Positions 38,667-47,707 of a stretch of DNA of 64,000 bases are shown here, piece by piece. Position 1 is the stretch's first letter, and every line of letters begins with the position of its first letter. Source of the DNA: Acutalibacteraceae bacterium (GTDB taxonomy: Bacteria > Bacillota > Clostridia > Oscillospirales > Acutalibacteraceae); contig JBMNVN010000004.1 of NCBI GenBank assembly GCA_050946835.1, positions 72,062 to 136,061 of the forward strand, written 5' to 3'. A program made the position numbers and the translations under genes. The notes beneath the pieces were generated by a model. The model ran no database searches. It had not been told where the DNA came from and worked only from the letters and a program-made list of their open reading frames with translations.

Positions 38667-39251
38667 ATGATTATAACTACGGCCATGCTCACGGATTCAT
38701 TGCAGAATTATCGCTATCCGGCTAATAAAATAGCCCGTATGGTGGAGGCGGGCAATATTTTTCCGGTGGTGCGGGGCTTGTATGCAAGTGATGATAAGAT
38801 GCCCGGATACTTGCTGGCGGCAAGTATTTACGGCCCCTCGTATCTGTCCTTTGACTATGCCTTGTCCTACTGGGAATTGATACCCGAGGCGGTCTATACC
38901 TATACCTCTGCCACCTATGACAAAAAGAAGAGAAAGCAATTTGAAACGGCTTTCGGCTTATTTACCTATAGAGATGTTCCCAAGTCCGCCTACCCGTTCG
39001 GTATTAAGATTATTAAGGAAGGAAACCATATCTTTTTTATTGCCGAGCCGGAAAAGGCAATTTGCGACAAGCTCTATATCGTACCCCCTGTAACAAATCT
39101 CCTCGCTTTTGAAGATTTGCTGTTCAGTGACCTGAGAATTGACCGAGATGCTTTTGAACGGCTTAATATGGAAAAGTTGATAAACGTTGCCGAACTTTAC
39201 AAAACCGCAAACCACAGATTGCTGATCAGATACTTGAGGAGGGCAAATTGA
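38667..39251 (+). CDS. abiEi: AbiEi-family type IV toxin-antitoxin antitoxin / transcriptional regulator
   Basis: 194 aa. The N-terminus (ARMVEAGNIFPVVRGLYA) has the AbiEi_4-like winged-helix pattern. It is coupled to the downstream AbiEii gene by a TTGA start/stop overlap. Confidence 0.8.
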   Translation: MIITTAMLTDSLQNYRYPANKIARMVEAGNIFPVVRGLYASDDKMPGYLLAASIYGPSYLSFDYALSYWELIPEAVYTYTSATYDKKKRKQFETAFGLFTYRDVPKSAYPFGIKIIKEGNHIFFIAEPEKAICDKLYIVPPVTNLLAFEDLLFSDLRIDRDAFERLNMEKLINVAELYKTANHRLLIRYLRRAN

Positions 39252-40111
39252 ATACGATTATTGAACAGATGCTGAGGGCTTATGAGGATTATCCGCAACT
39301 TGACAAGAAGAATGCAATCAAAGAGATTATGCAGGAAATGGTGCTTTGCGGTCTTTCCAGAGCGGGTTTTTTTAAAGATGCAGCTTTCTATGGCGGCACT
39401 GCACTGCGCATATTTTACGGTTTAGACAGATTTTCGGAAGATCTGGACTTTTCCTTGAAGACGGGTAAGGAAGATTATGATTTGAGCGCATTTTTCCCTA
39501 TTCTGGAAAAAGAGATGGCCGCCTTCGGGCTTCATGTTGATATCAGCGAGAAGGTGAAGAGCGGTGCTTCACGAATACAGTCAGCTTTTCTGAAAGGCAA
39601 CACAAAAGAACACTTACTGCTTTTCTATGGCTATGAGGCGCTCCCCGGTGTCCATGCCGGAGAGAAAATCAGAATCAAGTTTGAGGTGGATACCAACCCG
39701 CCCGATTACGCAGGGTTTGAACATAAATACAGGCTCCTTCCCTCCCCCTATGAAGTGGCGCTGTATGATGCTCCGTCCCTGTTTGCCGGTAAGATTCATG
39801 CAGTACTTTGCAGAGCATGGAATAACAGAGTTAAAGGGCGCGACCTGTATGACTATGTCTTTTTTATATCCCAAAACACACCTGTAAACTTAGCGCACCT
39901 GCAATCACGCCTTCAGCAAAGCGGTTATATTAAACCTGACGACAGTTTTTCGTTGAAGCTGTTGAAACAACACCTGAATACCCGCTTTGCAGCCATCAAT
40001 TACACGCAAGCAAAGGAAGATGTTTTACCGTTTATCCGTAATCAAGCCTCATTACAAGTTTGGGGGACTGATTTCTTTCAGCAAATCAGTGAAAATTTGA
40101 GAACCACATAA
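39248..40111 (+). CDS. abiEii: AbiEii/AbiGii-family nucleotidyltransferase toxin (DUF1814)
   Basis: 287 aa. The NTase motif is FYGGTALRIFYGLDRFSEDLDFSL (a GG...D-x-D pattern), followed by a KIHA...R...GRDLYD C-terminal motif. Confidence 0.85.
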   Translation: MNTIIEQMLRAYEDYPQLDKKNAIKEIMQEMVLCGLSRAGFFKDAAFYGGTALRIFYGLDRFSEDLDFSLKTGKEDYDLSAFFPILEKEMAAFGLHVDISEKVKSGASRIQSAFLKGNTKEHLLLFYGYEALPGVHAGEKIRIKFEVDTNPPDYAGFEHKYRLLPSPYEVALYDAPSLFAGKIHAVLCRAWNNRVKGRDLYDYVFFISQNTPVNLAHLQSRLQQSGYIKPDDSFSLKLLKQHLNTRFAAINYTQAKEDVLPFIRNQASLQVWGTDFFQQISENLRTT

Positions 40112-40233
40112 ACTCTTCCGCTACTGTCTGAACAAACTAAACATTATACGACCAATAAAATTGATATCCTCCATCGTTGGGCGCTCACTGCCCAAATGAC
40201 GGAGGATGTGTCTTTAATAACGCAACCGTGGGG

Positions 40234-41070
40234 TCATCGCCGTTTTTTAGAGGATTTTCTGGGAACAACAAGAGCAATCAAAAAGAACAACAAAATAGGT
40301 ACGGCTACGGCGGGTGCTACCAGGAGAGGGTCAATTTGAATTAAATCCGCCGTTACGTGAACCGATGAATAATCTGCCAAGTTATCAATCCGATGCCCCC
40401 GCACCAAAAGCCGATGGGTGTTAATACCGTAAGGCGTGCATGTGACTAAAGTAAAGTAGTCCTTGCCGGGCTCAATTTTTAAATCTTTGATATCCGGAGG
40501 ATCTACAATCAGTATTTGGTCTACCTCGTAAGTCAGTACCTCGTCCAATATCCTGATGGTGAAAATATCGCTCACCGCTAATCTGTCCAGATTTGTGAAG
40601 AGTTTTGCACTTGGAAGTCCCCGATGGCCGGAAACAACGCAGTGGGTGCTTTCTCCCCCCACGGGCAGAGATGTACCTTCAATGTGACCGATAGCAATCT
40701 GTAAAACCGCCTCATCCGTGCCGTGATAAAGAGGCAGTGAACATTCAATAGCGGGGATTTCAATATAGCCCATCATTCCGGTACCGGCAATATTCAGCAG
40801 ATTTCGGTATTCCGCACGTTCTTCATCGGTAGGATGATAGCGGGCACTGTTGGCAATCAAGGCTTTATTATAGGCATGTGCATCCGCCAATATCCTCTCA
40901 TATGTATTATCATCCATCTGCGCCACTTCTTCGGCATATGAGGCAATAGCTCTGGTTTGGTGAAAGGAGTTCCAATAGTCGCTGACGGTAGGGTACAACA
41001 GTAAAGACAGCCCTGCAAGAAGAATCAGAACTAAAAATATCGTTATGAATTTATTTGCATTTTTCTTCAA
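40234..41070 (-). CDS. srtC: class C (pilin-polymerising) sortase
   Basis: 278 aa. TTG start after AAGGAG. N-terminal TM. Motifs: VVSGHRGLPSAKLF, TLVTCTPYGINTHRLLVRG. The C-terminal TM plus KSSKKRR tail is typical of class C sortases. Confidence 0.9.
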   Translation of the reverse strand: MKKNANKFITIFLVLILLAGLSLLLYPTVSDYWNSFHQTRAIASYAEEVAQMDDNTYERILADAHAYNKALIANSARYHPTDEERAEYRNLLNIAGTGMMGYIEIPAIECSLPLYHGTDEAVLQIAIGHIEGTSLPVGGESTHCVVSGHRGLPSAKLFTNLDRLAVSDIFTIRILDEVLTYEVDQILIVDPPDIKDLKIEPGKDYFTLVTCTPYGINTHRLLVRGHRIDNLADYSSVHVTADLIQIDPLLVAPAVAVPILLFFLIALVVPRKSSKKRR

Positions 41071-41080
41071 GCAAGGCTCT

Positions 41081-41113
41081 CCTTACTGCCGCAAACCGGG
41101 GAGGAGAATCCTC
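41081..41113 (-). terminator. strong stem-loop between major pilin and srtC (attenuator candidate)
   Basis: The sequence reads gcaaaccggggagga-gaa-tcctccccggtttgc, a 15-bp perfect stem. There is no clear U-run. It lies 45 nt after the pilin stop and just before the srtC ribosome-binding site. Confidence 0.6.
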
Positions 41114-41158
41114 CCCGGTTTGCAACAAATTTGGCTATTTCTTTATGTATATAAAATC

Positions 41159-42787
41159 TTATTTCTCAGAGTGTTTCATACGCTTTTTGGTTACAAGCAG
41201 TACAACGGCAGCCAGAACCAAAACAGCGCCTGCAATGTAGAACAGGGTGGTACCGATGCCGCCGGTCTCGGGCAGGGTGGAACCTGCGTTGTTGGCGATG
41301 GTAATCGCGGCAATACCGGTGGTGATATCTGCAGTACCGGCAACGCCGTCAGCGGTAACTGCCAGATGGGTCAGAGCAGTGCCGGGCACGCCGTTCCAGG
41401 TTTGACCGTTGGCGGTGGTAGCGGTAATAATCACAACGATATCGGCTGTCAACAGATTATAGCCGGCGGGAGCCACGATTTCGCGCAGTCTGTAAGTGCC
41501 GTCATCCAAGCCGGTAACGGAGAACAAGCCGGTATCTGCAGCTGAGGTAAGGATGGAATCTGCAGGCCAAGTTATTACGCCGCCGGGGCCGGCTGCAGGA
41601 ATGTTCTGCCAACCGTCAAATTTGCCGTTGGTAATCTTCGCAACTTTGCTTGCATCGGCATTCAGCAGAACGAACTGAGCGCCCTGCAATTTGGTGGAGG
41701 TGTTTTTGCCGTCTACCTTGGTGGTATCCAGTTCATAGGTGAAGACGATGGCTTTGTCCTCGGGTGTTTCGCCGGTGTTGTCGGTGTCGCCTGCGCCGGA
41801 CTGGTCGGGCTTGTTGGAGTATTCAAGATAAACAGTGTTCTCGTTGCCGGGCAAACCGATGTCGGCATTCTCATTCAAAACTGCGTTGTACGCAACAATG
41901 AGGTACATGCCTTCAGCTATGCCGAGAATGTTTTTGATGTTGTTGCTTGAAACGGTGATTACCTGTCCGGTGACATCAATGTCAAAGCTGGAGGTGACAA
42001 TGGAGTCGCCTGCACCGACAGCTTTATCAGCGGAAAGATATACTACGATGCCGCTTTCTGCGGGAGGAGTAAGTCCGGCAGACAGGGTGTCGTGGAAGAT
42101 GTACTTGTATGTGTCATAGCGGCTCATATCGGGCACGGAACCGATCAGGGTAAAGGGAACCGCTTCGCCGATGTTGTAGTCGGCAACATCGTTGTAGCCT
42201 ACGCCGTAGCCGTCATTCGTATTGTATTTATCGTATTTATCGTCTTCCTTAACTTTTTTCTCCACGGTGGGAGCGTCGGTCTTGACCTGAATATCGATGT
42301 CGCCAACTACTTGCAGAAGGGCGGCGTTGTATGCGCTGCCTTCGCCGACATTTGTAGTGGTATCGACTATCAAATAGTAGCCGTCAGCCAATTCGTTTTC
42401 GCCGGAGACCAGAGCAATACCGTCGCCTGCCTTGTAATCTTCGGCAATTTTGGCAACCTTATTGGCAAGTGCGGTGTTTGTGTTGTTGTCGCCGAGCACA
42501 TTTGCTACTTGGGCAGCGGTGGTGCAGGCGGCAAACAGGGCGCCGTAAGTAGGATCCGCTTTCAGGGCAGCAAGGAATGCGGTGCTGTTAATGCCGGTTC
42601 CCCACTGAATGTCGGACAGAACGCCGTTTTCTTCACGGCCGGTGAATACCTGATAGGCGGTGAAGCTGTGGCCTGCCAGAATTTCATCGGCAGGAAGGGT
42701 AACGGTTGCCGCAAATGCGGTTGTGGTCAAACTCATCAGCATGACCAGTGCCAGCAACAGGCCGGCAAGTTTCTTTACGTTTTTCAT
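41159..42787 (-). CDS. LPXTG-anchored major pilin (SpaH/EbpB-like backbone subunit)
   Basis: 543 aa from the ATG at 42787 (MKNVKKLAGLLLALVMLMSLTTTAFA signal peptide). E-box-like YRLREIVAPAGY. LPETGG plus hydrophobic helix plus KKRMKHSEK sorting signal. The ORF track reads through upstream to 42955. Confidence 0.85.
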   Translation of the reverse strand: MKNVKKLAGLLLALVMLMSLTTTAFAATVTLPADEILAGHSFTAYQVFTGREENGVLSDIQWGTGINSTAFLAALKADPTYGALFAACTTAAQVANVLGDNNTNTALANKVAKIAEDYKAGDGIALVSGENELADGYYLIVDTTTNVGEGSAYNAALLQVVGDIDIQVKTDAPTVEKKVKEDDKYDKYNTNDGYGVGYNDVADYNIGEAVPFTLIGSVPDMSRYDTYKYIFHDTLSAGLTPPAESGIVVYLSADKAVGAGDSIVTSSFDIDVTGQVITVSSNNIKNILGIAEGMYLIVAYNAVLNENADIGLPGNENTVYLEYSNKPDQSGAGDTDNTGETPEDKAIVFTYELDTTKVDGKNTSTKLQGAQFVLLNADASKVAKITNGKFDGWQNIPAAGPGGVITWPADSILTSAADTGLFSVTGLDDGTYRLREIVAPAGYNLLTADIVVIITATTANGQTWNGVPGTALTHLAVTADGVAGTADITTGIAAITIANNAGSTLPETGGIGTTLFYIAGAVLVLAAVVLLVTKKRMKHSEK

Positions 42788-43044
42788 CTTGTTGGTTTCC
42801 TTTCTTTTTTTGTCTTTTTTTATTTGTTCTTTATTTGACCTGTGAATTACTGCGTGTTTGAAAAAGCGGAAGCCTCCTTTCAGAAATTTTTTGGCTATAC
42901 AGCAGAGGATTAAGTTCGATAATATAAGTAGTACTTGTGTCCCCGGAGTATACAATCTGTTCTTGCTGTTGCGGCTTATATTCTCTTTACTGCCTTTTCG
43001 AATCTATAAGCTGAGCAACTATCTGAGGGTAACAACATTTTTAA

Positions 43045-46000
43045 TTACGCCGTGCCGTGTTCGTATTCTCTCTCCCTCCTTCTACTTCTAATGTATAACA
43101 AGGCGGCAGATGTTACAAACAACATCAACCCTCCAAGAACGACCTGTCGTGTGCCGCTTCCTCCGGTTTCAGGAAGAGCGTATGCGGCGGAGTTATATAC
43201 GGGAAGCGCTGCGCTTCCTCCGGTGAACAGGTTTGAGCCCTCCATATTTGAATATCCGGGATACTGTACTATAATCACCTGCGAGGTTGCGGGATCTACT
43301 GTAAATATGATAGGCCCGGTAAGCCCCAAGTGCCCGTCAGGCGTCGTTGTTTCTATCAGATAATAGGTGCCCTGTTCCAAATCTTCTATATGAACACTCC
43401 CGGTTTGCCCGGCGCTGCCGGATGTCCATTGATTAATTAGCGTTCCTTTTATATTCGTGCCCGGGATAGTCACTCCGGCTGCATCCTGCTTATAGAGCGC
43501 CAAGTCCGCTCCTCCGATCAGAATGGGGTCGCCTCCGTCACCGCTCATAGAGTACTTGCTGAATTGGACATCTATGGTGTCCGGCGCCGTTTCGTTTGTC
43601 ACAATGTAGTGAGTCTGACCCCAGTTGGCAGTGTCGTTTACCTGAGTATAAATCTTAAAAATCATCCCCTGGCTTTGATTTGTGGATGTAGTGCCATAGT
43701 TGTACTGATTCAAGTTGCCGGTGAAATACCTGGTATAATTGCCGCCAAGCGCCGACAAAATTCCGCCGCTAAGAGAGATTGTTCTGACTCTGCTTGAATC
43801 TGTAAAAAAGACATACGAACCGCTTAAATCACCAAGTATGAGATATTTCCCTTCGGCATTTTGTAGTGTATTGTTATTGAAAGTCCACAACGCTGTGCCG
43901 CTTGGCGTATCGCCGGTGCTCAGTGCATTTGTAACATCCAACCATTGGAGTTGATAGGTGCTTAGACCGGCCAAGGCTCTATCGACATTGTTGAGAGTAT
44001 TTACCAACAGGTAAGTTTTTCCGTTTTCCAACGGGGCGGTAACCTGCTGCCATGCGGGTCCTGCAGCGCTCGCATCGGCTTCTACTATGGTTGCCCAGTA
44101 TCCGGGAGTATTGATTTCAGTTACCGTATAGGCAATCGGTGTTCCGTCCGGTGCGTTTTCGGGAGTATACATCGGAAGATTTTCCCATTTGTAGAACCAG
44201 TTATTGTCGCTGTTCAAAACAACAGGGGAACCACAGTTCTGTCCGTCGGCCAGGAGTTGGAGTGTAACACTTTGTGCCGGCTGAGTGCCCGCAGCCCACC
44301 GTTTTTCCGCAGAAATATCGGTCGTTTCAATCTTCGTGTTTGTGATTTCCCAAATCCCGCTTTCAGGTGAGAATCCGCTGGCCGAGCAGTAATAAGTATT
44401 CGGAGTGTTAAGCTCCCCTATCGTGTAGACATAGGGAATACCGTTTCCGTCTTTCTCAGGCAGGTTTGTCCAATTATATAACCAGCCATTCGCCGCTGTA
44501 AGTTGCACCGGGTCGCCATAAGTTATTCCGTTTTGATAGAGCTGAACAGTGATTGAACTCGGACGATCCGCCTCAGTGTCCCCCGCCCATTTTTTGAGGA
44601 CCCCAAAATCAACTTCGGTGTTTGTAACGGTAAAGTTATTCCCGCTCTGTGTCACCACACTGTAATAGCCGGGAACCGATACCTCTTCAATGCTATAGGT
44701 ATATCCTGTAGGCAAATCATCAACATAATAGGTGGGCCAGATTTCCTGGTTGTCCGGGCCTATCGTCTTGTAGATTTTAATCGGGGGGCCGTAGGGTTGT
44801 CCGTCTCTTAACACCTGTACGGTGATATATTCCGGGTGCTGTGCGCCTCCATCTTCCCATACCTTGGTGATTGCGATGTATACCGTGTCGGGGTTAAGCT
44901 CACCGCCGGCTTCAATAATACCGTTGCAGCCGATACCGCCGCCCAGATAACCGTGGTTATCGGTAATCCAGACGGTCGCCATGCTTCTTGCCGTTATAAT
45001 TTCGGGGCTGCTGTCATTTAAATTGTTGCCATAATTTGTAAATCCGTTGGATGGGGTTGTATTCCAATTCCAATTATAGTTTCCGCCACCCAAGACGGTA
45101 TCGGAAACATGATCATTCGAATCCATATTTTTAATAGCTATTTCTGTATTATTGCCCACCAGCGCGGGATTTGCAGTGTTATTGTAGACTGCCGTTCCGT
45201 TACCGAGATTGAAATTTATATAAGTTCGCGCATCGGGACAGGCTGCAATACCGCCGCCTTGGTAGTCGGAGCTGTTTTCCGTTATCACTACGCGGTGCAG
45301 GATTAACTCGCCGGGAACACCGGCGTGATAGCCGGAACTGTTCCATTGGTTAGCGTCCACATAAATGCCGCCGCCGCTATATACTCTGTAGAATCCGTTA
45401 TTGGCATAGCCTTGTGAATCATAACCATAGGCGCTATTGTTCGTAAAATACCCGGCAAAAATTGTTGCAGTGTTTCCGGCTGTGACATTTAACCCGCCGC
45501 CGGTTGAAAGCGCCTCGTTGCCGGTGAAGGTGCCGCCCATCATAGTAAATTTGGAGGTATAGCTATATACCGCACTGCCCTTTGTTCGATCTAACCAACC
45601 TAATGAAATGCCGCCCTCACGGGAGGATTGGTTGTTGGAGACCGTGCCGCCGGACATAATCATAGTCGAGTTGTCACTAACATACACGCCGCCGCCGGCA
45701 TTTGTACGGTAGGTAGCCGCTGTCGAATTAAATGGCAGAATATTTCGGGCGTAGTTGTGATCGATTGTGCCGCCGTTCAGTCTGAAACTGCCGTTTTCTA
45801 TATAAACACCGCCGCCCGACTGCGCTTCGCAGTGCTGAATCAAACCGCCGGTCATGGTCATAGTTCCGTTGCAGTACACGGCACCGCCTAAACCGATATA
45901 ACCGCTTGGGGCAAAGGCTCCGCTTGAATTCGTGTTGGGTTTATTGGAATTGTACTCCAAAACCGTGCCGTCAGTAACGTTAAGGTCGCCGCCGGTATTT

Positions 46001-47667
46001 ACCACAATAAGCGGCGCTTTGGCACTACCCGTGGCATAAGTTGATGAATACCTGCTGTTATTATTAGTGAGAAGAGCGGGGAGTGTGCCGCATCCGCCGT
46101 TCATTGTCAGTTCGGATAGTGTTAAGGAACCGCCGTTTGCCACGATAACCAAAGGTCCGGTGAATCCTGATGCCCGCTGCATTTTCACACCGGGGACATT
46201 AATGCTCCATTCCTCCGCGCTGTTGACTGTAACGGTTCCTGAAACATAAATTGTTCCGTTTTCCGCAACCAAAGACAGCGCTTTCTCAAAGGTCTTCACA
46301 GGCGCCGACTGGGTGCCCGCATTGTTGTCATTTCCGGTTGCTCCGTTTAAGTAGACCGCCGACATCGTTCCGGCGTTCATAAGTGCATAAACGGAGAAGT
46401 GATCCGTTTCAAAACTGACCGTGCCGTCATTCCGAACGGTAGTATTCATAGGAACCGGCGCGCTGTCTTCCGGTATATAATAAGCGGTCGTATTCAACGC
46501 CGGTTCATCATTCATCTCCGCCGACTGTATGGCTACATTAATTTTCTCACCCTCTGCCGGCTCATAAATAGAGCCGTCAGGCATAACGATGGAAATATCA
46601 TAGGCGCAGAGAACACGCTGCATCGTTTCCACCGTTACCGGGAAAGCCCGAACCTCCGCTTCCGCAGGGATGAGACCGGTAAGGGTAATCTCCGTATCGT
46701 CTTCTGACAGGGTTTCATAATTCTCGTCAGTGTATATGACTGCAGATTTTGTAACCTCGGAAATCTCGGAGATCTTTAGATTTTCTTTCTCCGGCAATAC
46801 ACAGTATCCGCAGATTTTTTCTTCACCGATTGTGTATTTTGCATACTGAACTTTGTTTTCAAAATCTCCTTCAATTGTCTCCATCTTAGACGCTTCGGTA
46901 CTGTATTCAGCGATTATCCCCACACGGTCGGCAGTGCCGTCACCGTCATCATCAAAAAAAACAATGTCACCCTTTACCGGGGTATACTCATCTGCAGTAC
47001 GGTAAAGGTTCCATTCATTTTTTGAAAGGGTATCCACCCAATTGCTGCAAGAAGCATCACGGGGAACGCTTGTGTTCGGGATCTTGGCAAAGTCCAAACA
47101 GAAAGAGACGAACATCGCTCCCCAATCGCCGTAGGCATCGCCGTACCAGGCTCCATAGCGGGTATAGCCTTTTATGGTTTCACCGTCTTCCATGACGATG
47201 TAGTTTTTCGTACTTTCTTTATAGCCGAGTTGGGTACGCGCAATGGCAACAATATCATCAGCCCATAAGCCGGTCAGTTTCTCTTCCGATACCGTCCTCT
47301 CCCATACCTCACGGGTTTCAACATCCGCTTCCGGATTTGAAAAACAGGCTAAAGTATGTTTGTGTTCCGGTTTTTCACAAATCAGAACTTCTTCATAGCA
47401 CTCTTCCGTATGAACATGGATTGCGGGATCCACATCTTCATCATATCCGCAAATCAGTCGCCTTTCATAACATTCCGGTCCGTGAACATGCTCTTCCATA
47501 CCGCAGTATGTAACCTGCTCTTTGGTTAATGCCGGGAGGATTAATGCATATGTCGTACAGAACACGACAATACAAGCCAAGACTACAACTATTTTTCGCC
47601 ATATATTAAGACGCTTATGTCTTAACTTATACCGCTGCTTTTTCTGCAACAAATCATTGTGCATCAT
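43045..47667 (-). CDS. giant LPXTG surface protein, pilus tip adhesin candidate
   Basis: 1540 aa. Domain order:
- N-terminal signal anchor.
- Three C-x-HxH-x3-C motifs.
- A CHAP-like domain.
- GGG[VI]Y-type beta-helix repeats.
- Three CnaB-type repeats (KVWEDG..., KKWAGD..., EKRWAAG...).
- E-box-like YYLIETTTPDGH.
- LPETGG sorting signal with an RSRRRE tail. Confidence 0.85.
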   Translation of the reverse strand: MMHNDLLQKKQRYKLRHKRLNIWRKIVVVLACIVVFCTTYALILPALTKEQVTYCGMEEHVHGPECYERRLICGYDEDVDPAIHVHTEECYEEVLICEKPEHKHTLACFSNPEADVETREVWERTVSEEKLTGLWADDIVAIARTQLGYKESTKNYIVMEDGETIKGYTRYGAWYGDAYGDWGAMFVSFCLDFAKIPNTSVPRDASCSNWVDTLSKNEWNLYRTADEYTPVKGDIVFFDDDGDGTADRVGIIAEYSTEASKMETIEGDFENKVQYAKYTIGEEKICGYCVLPEKENLKISEISEVTKSAVIYTDENYETLSEDDTEITLTGLIPAEAEVRAFPVTVETMQRVLCAYDISIVMPDGSIYEPAEGEKINVAIQSAEMNDEPALNTTAYYIPEDSAPVPMNTTVRNDGTVSFETDHFSVYALMNAGTMSAVYLNGATGNDNNAGTQSAPVKTFEKALSLVAENGTIYVSGTVTVNSAEEWSINVPGVKMQRASGFTGPLVIVANGGSLTLSELTMNGGCGTLPALLTNNNSRYSSTYATGSAKAPLIVVNTGGDLNVTDGTVLEYNSNKPNTNSSGAFAPSGYIGLGGAVYCNGTMTMTGGLIQHCEAQSGGGVYIENGSFRLNGGTIDHNYARNILPFNSTAATYRTNAGGGVYVSDNSTMIMSGGTVSNNQSSREGGISLGWLDRTKGSAVYSYTSKFTMMGGTFTGNEALSTGGGLNVTAGNTATIFAGYFTNNSAYGYDSQGYANNGFYRVYSGGGIYVDANQWNSSGYHAGVPGELILHRVVITENSSDYQGGGIAACPDARTYINFNLGNGTAVYNNTANPALVGNNTEIAIKNMDSNDHVSDTVLGGGNYNWNWNTTPSNGFTNYGNNLNDSSPEIITARSMATVWITDNHGYLGGGIGCNGIIEAGGELNPDTVYIAITKVWEDGGAQHPEYITVQVLRDGQPYGPPIKIYKTIGPDNQEIWPTYYVDDLPTGYTYSIEEVSVPGYYSVVTQSGNNFTVTNTEVDFGVLKKWAGDTEADRPSSITVQLYQNGITYGDPVQLTAANGWLYNWTNLPEKDGNGIPYVYTIGELNTPNTYYCSASGFSPESGIWEITNTKIETTDISAEKRWAAGTQPAQSVTLQLLADGQNCGSPVVLNSDNNWFYKWENLPMYTPENAPDGTPIAYTVTEINTPGYWATIVEADASAAGPAWQQVTAPLENGKTYLLVNTLNNVDRALAGLSTYQLQWLDVTNALSTGDTPSGTALWTFNNNTLQNAEGKYLILGDLSGSYVFFTDSSRVRTISLSGGILSALGGNYTRYFTGNLNQYNYGTTSTNQSQGMIFKIYTQVNDTANWGQTHYIVTNETAPDTIDVQFSKYSMSGDGGDPILIGGADLALYKQDAAGVTIPGTNIKGTLINQWTSGSAGQTGSVHIEDLEQGTYYLIETTTPDGHLGLTGPIIFTVDPATSQVIIVQYPGYSNMEGSNLFTGGSAALPVYNSAAYALPETGGSGTRQVVLGGLMLFVTSAALLYIRSRRREREYEHGTA

Positions 47668-47707
47668 TTTCCTCCTTCCCTTTCTCTAATTTACCCGTTT
47701 AAACCGG

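Larger units (their letters stand above)
40994..42955 (-). repeat. segmental duplication copy 1 (intact pilin + srtC 5' end + shared upstream region)
   Basis: Collinear nucleotide similarity to 48563-50540. It covers the promoter/5' leader, the whole pilin gene, the inter-genic hairpin and the first 25 codons of srtC. Confidence 0.75.

Noticed and set aside
42092-42838. 248-aa plus-strand ORF, and its twin at 49678-50406.
   Set aside because: Both are antisense to the two pilin genes. They appear twice only because the pilin DNA is duplicated. The sequence is Gly/Val-rich nonsense with no start context.
42788-43044. Searched the pilin leaders (also 50358-50540 and 51389-51495) for c-di-GMP riboswitches.
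   Set aside because: I could not find GEMM-I/II conserved elements by eye. This needs a covariance-model scan before any claim.
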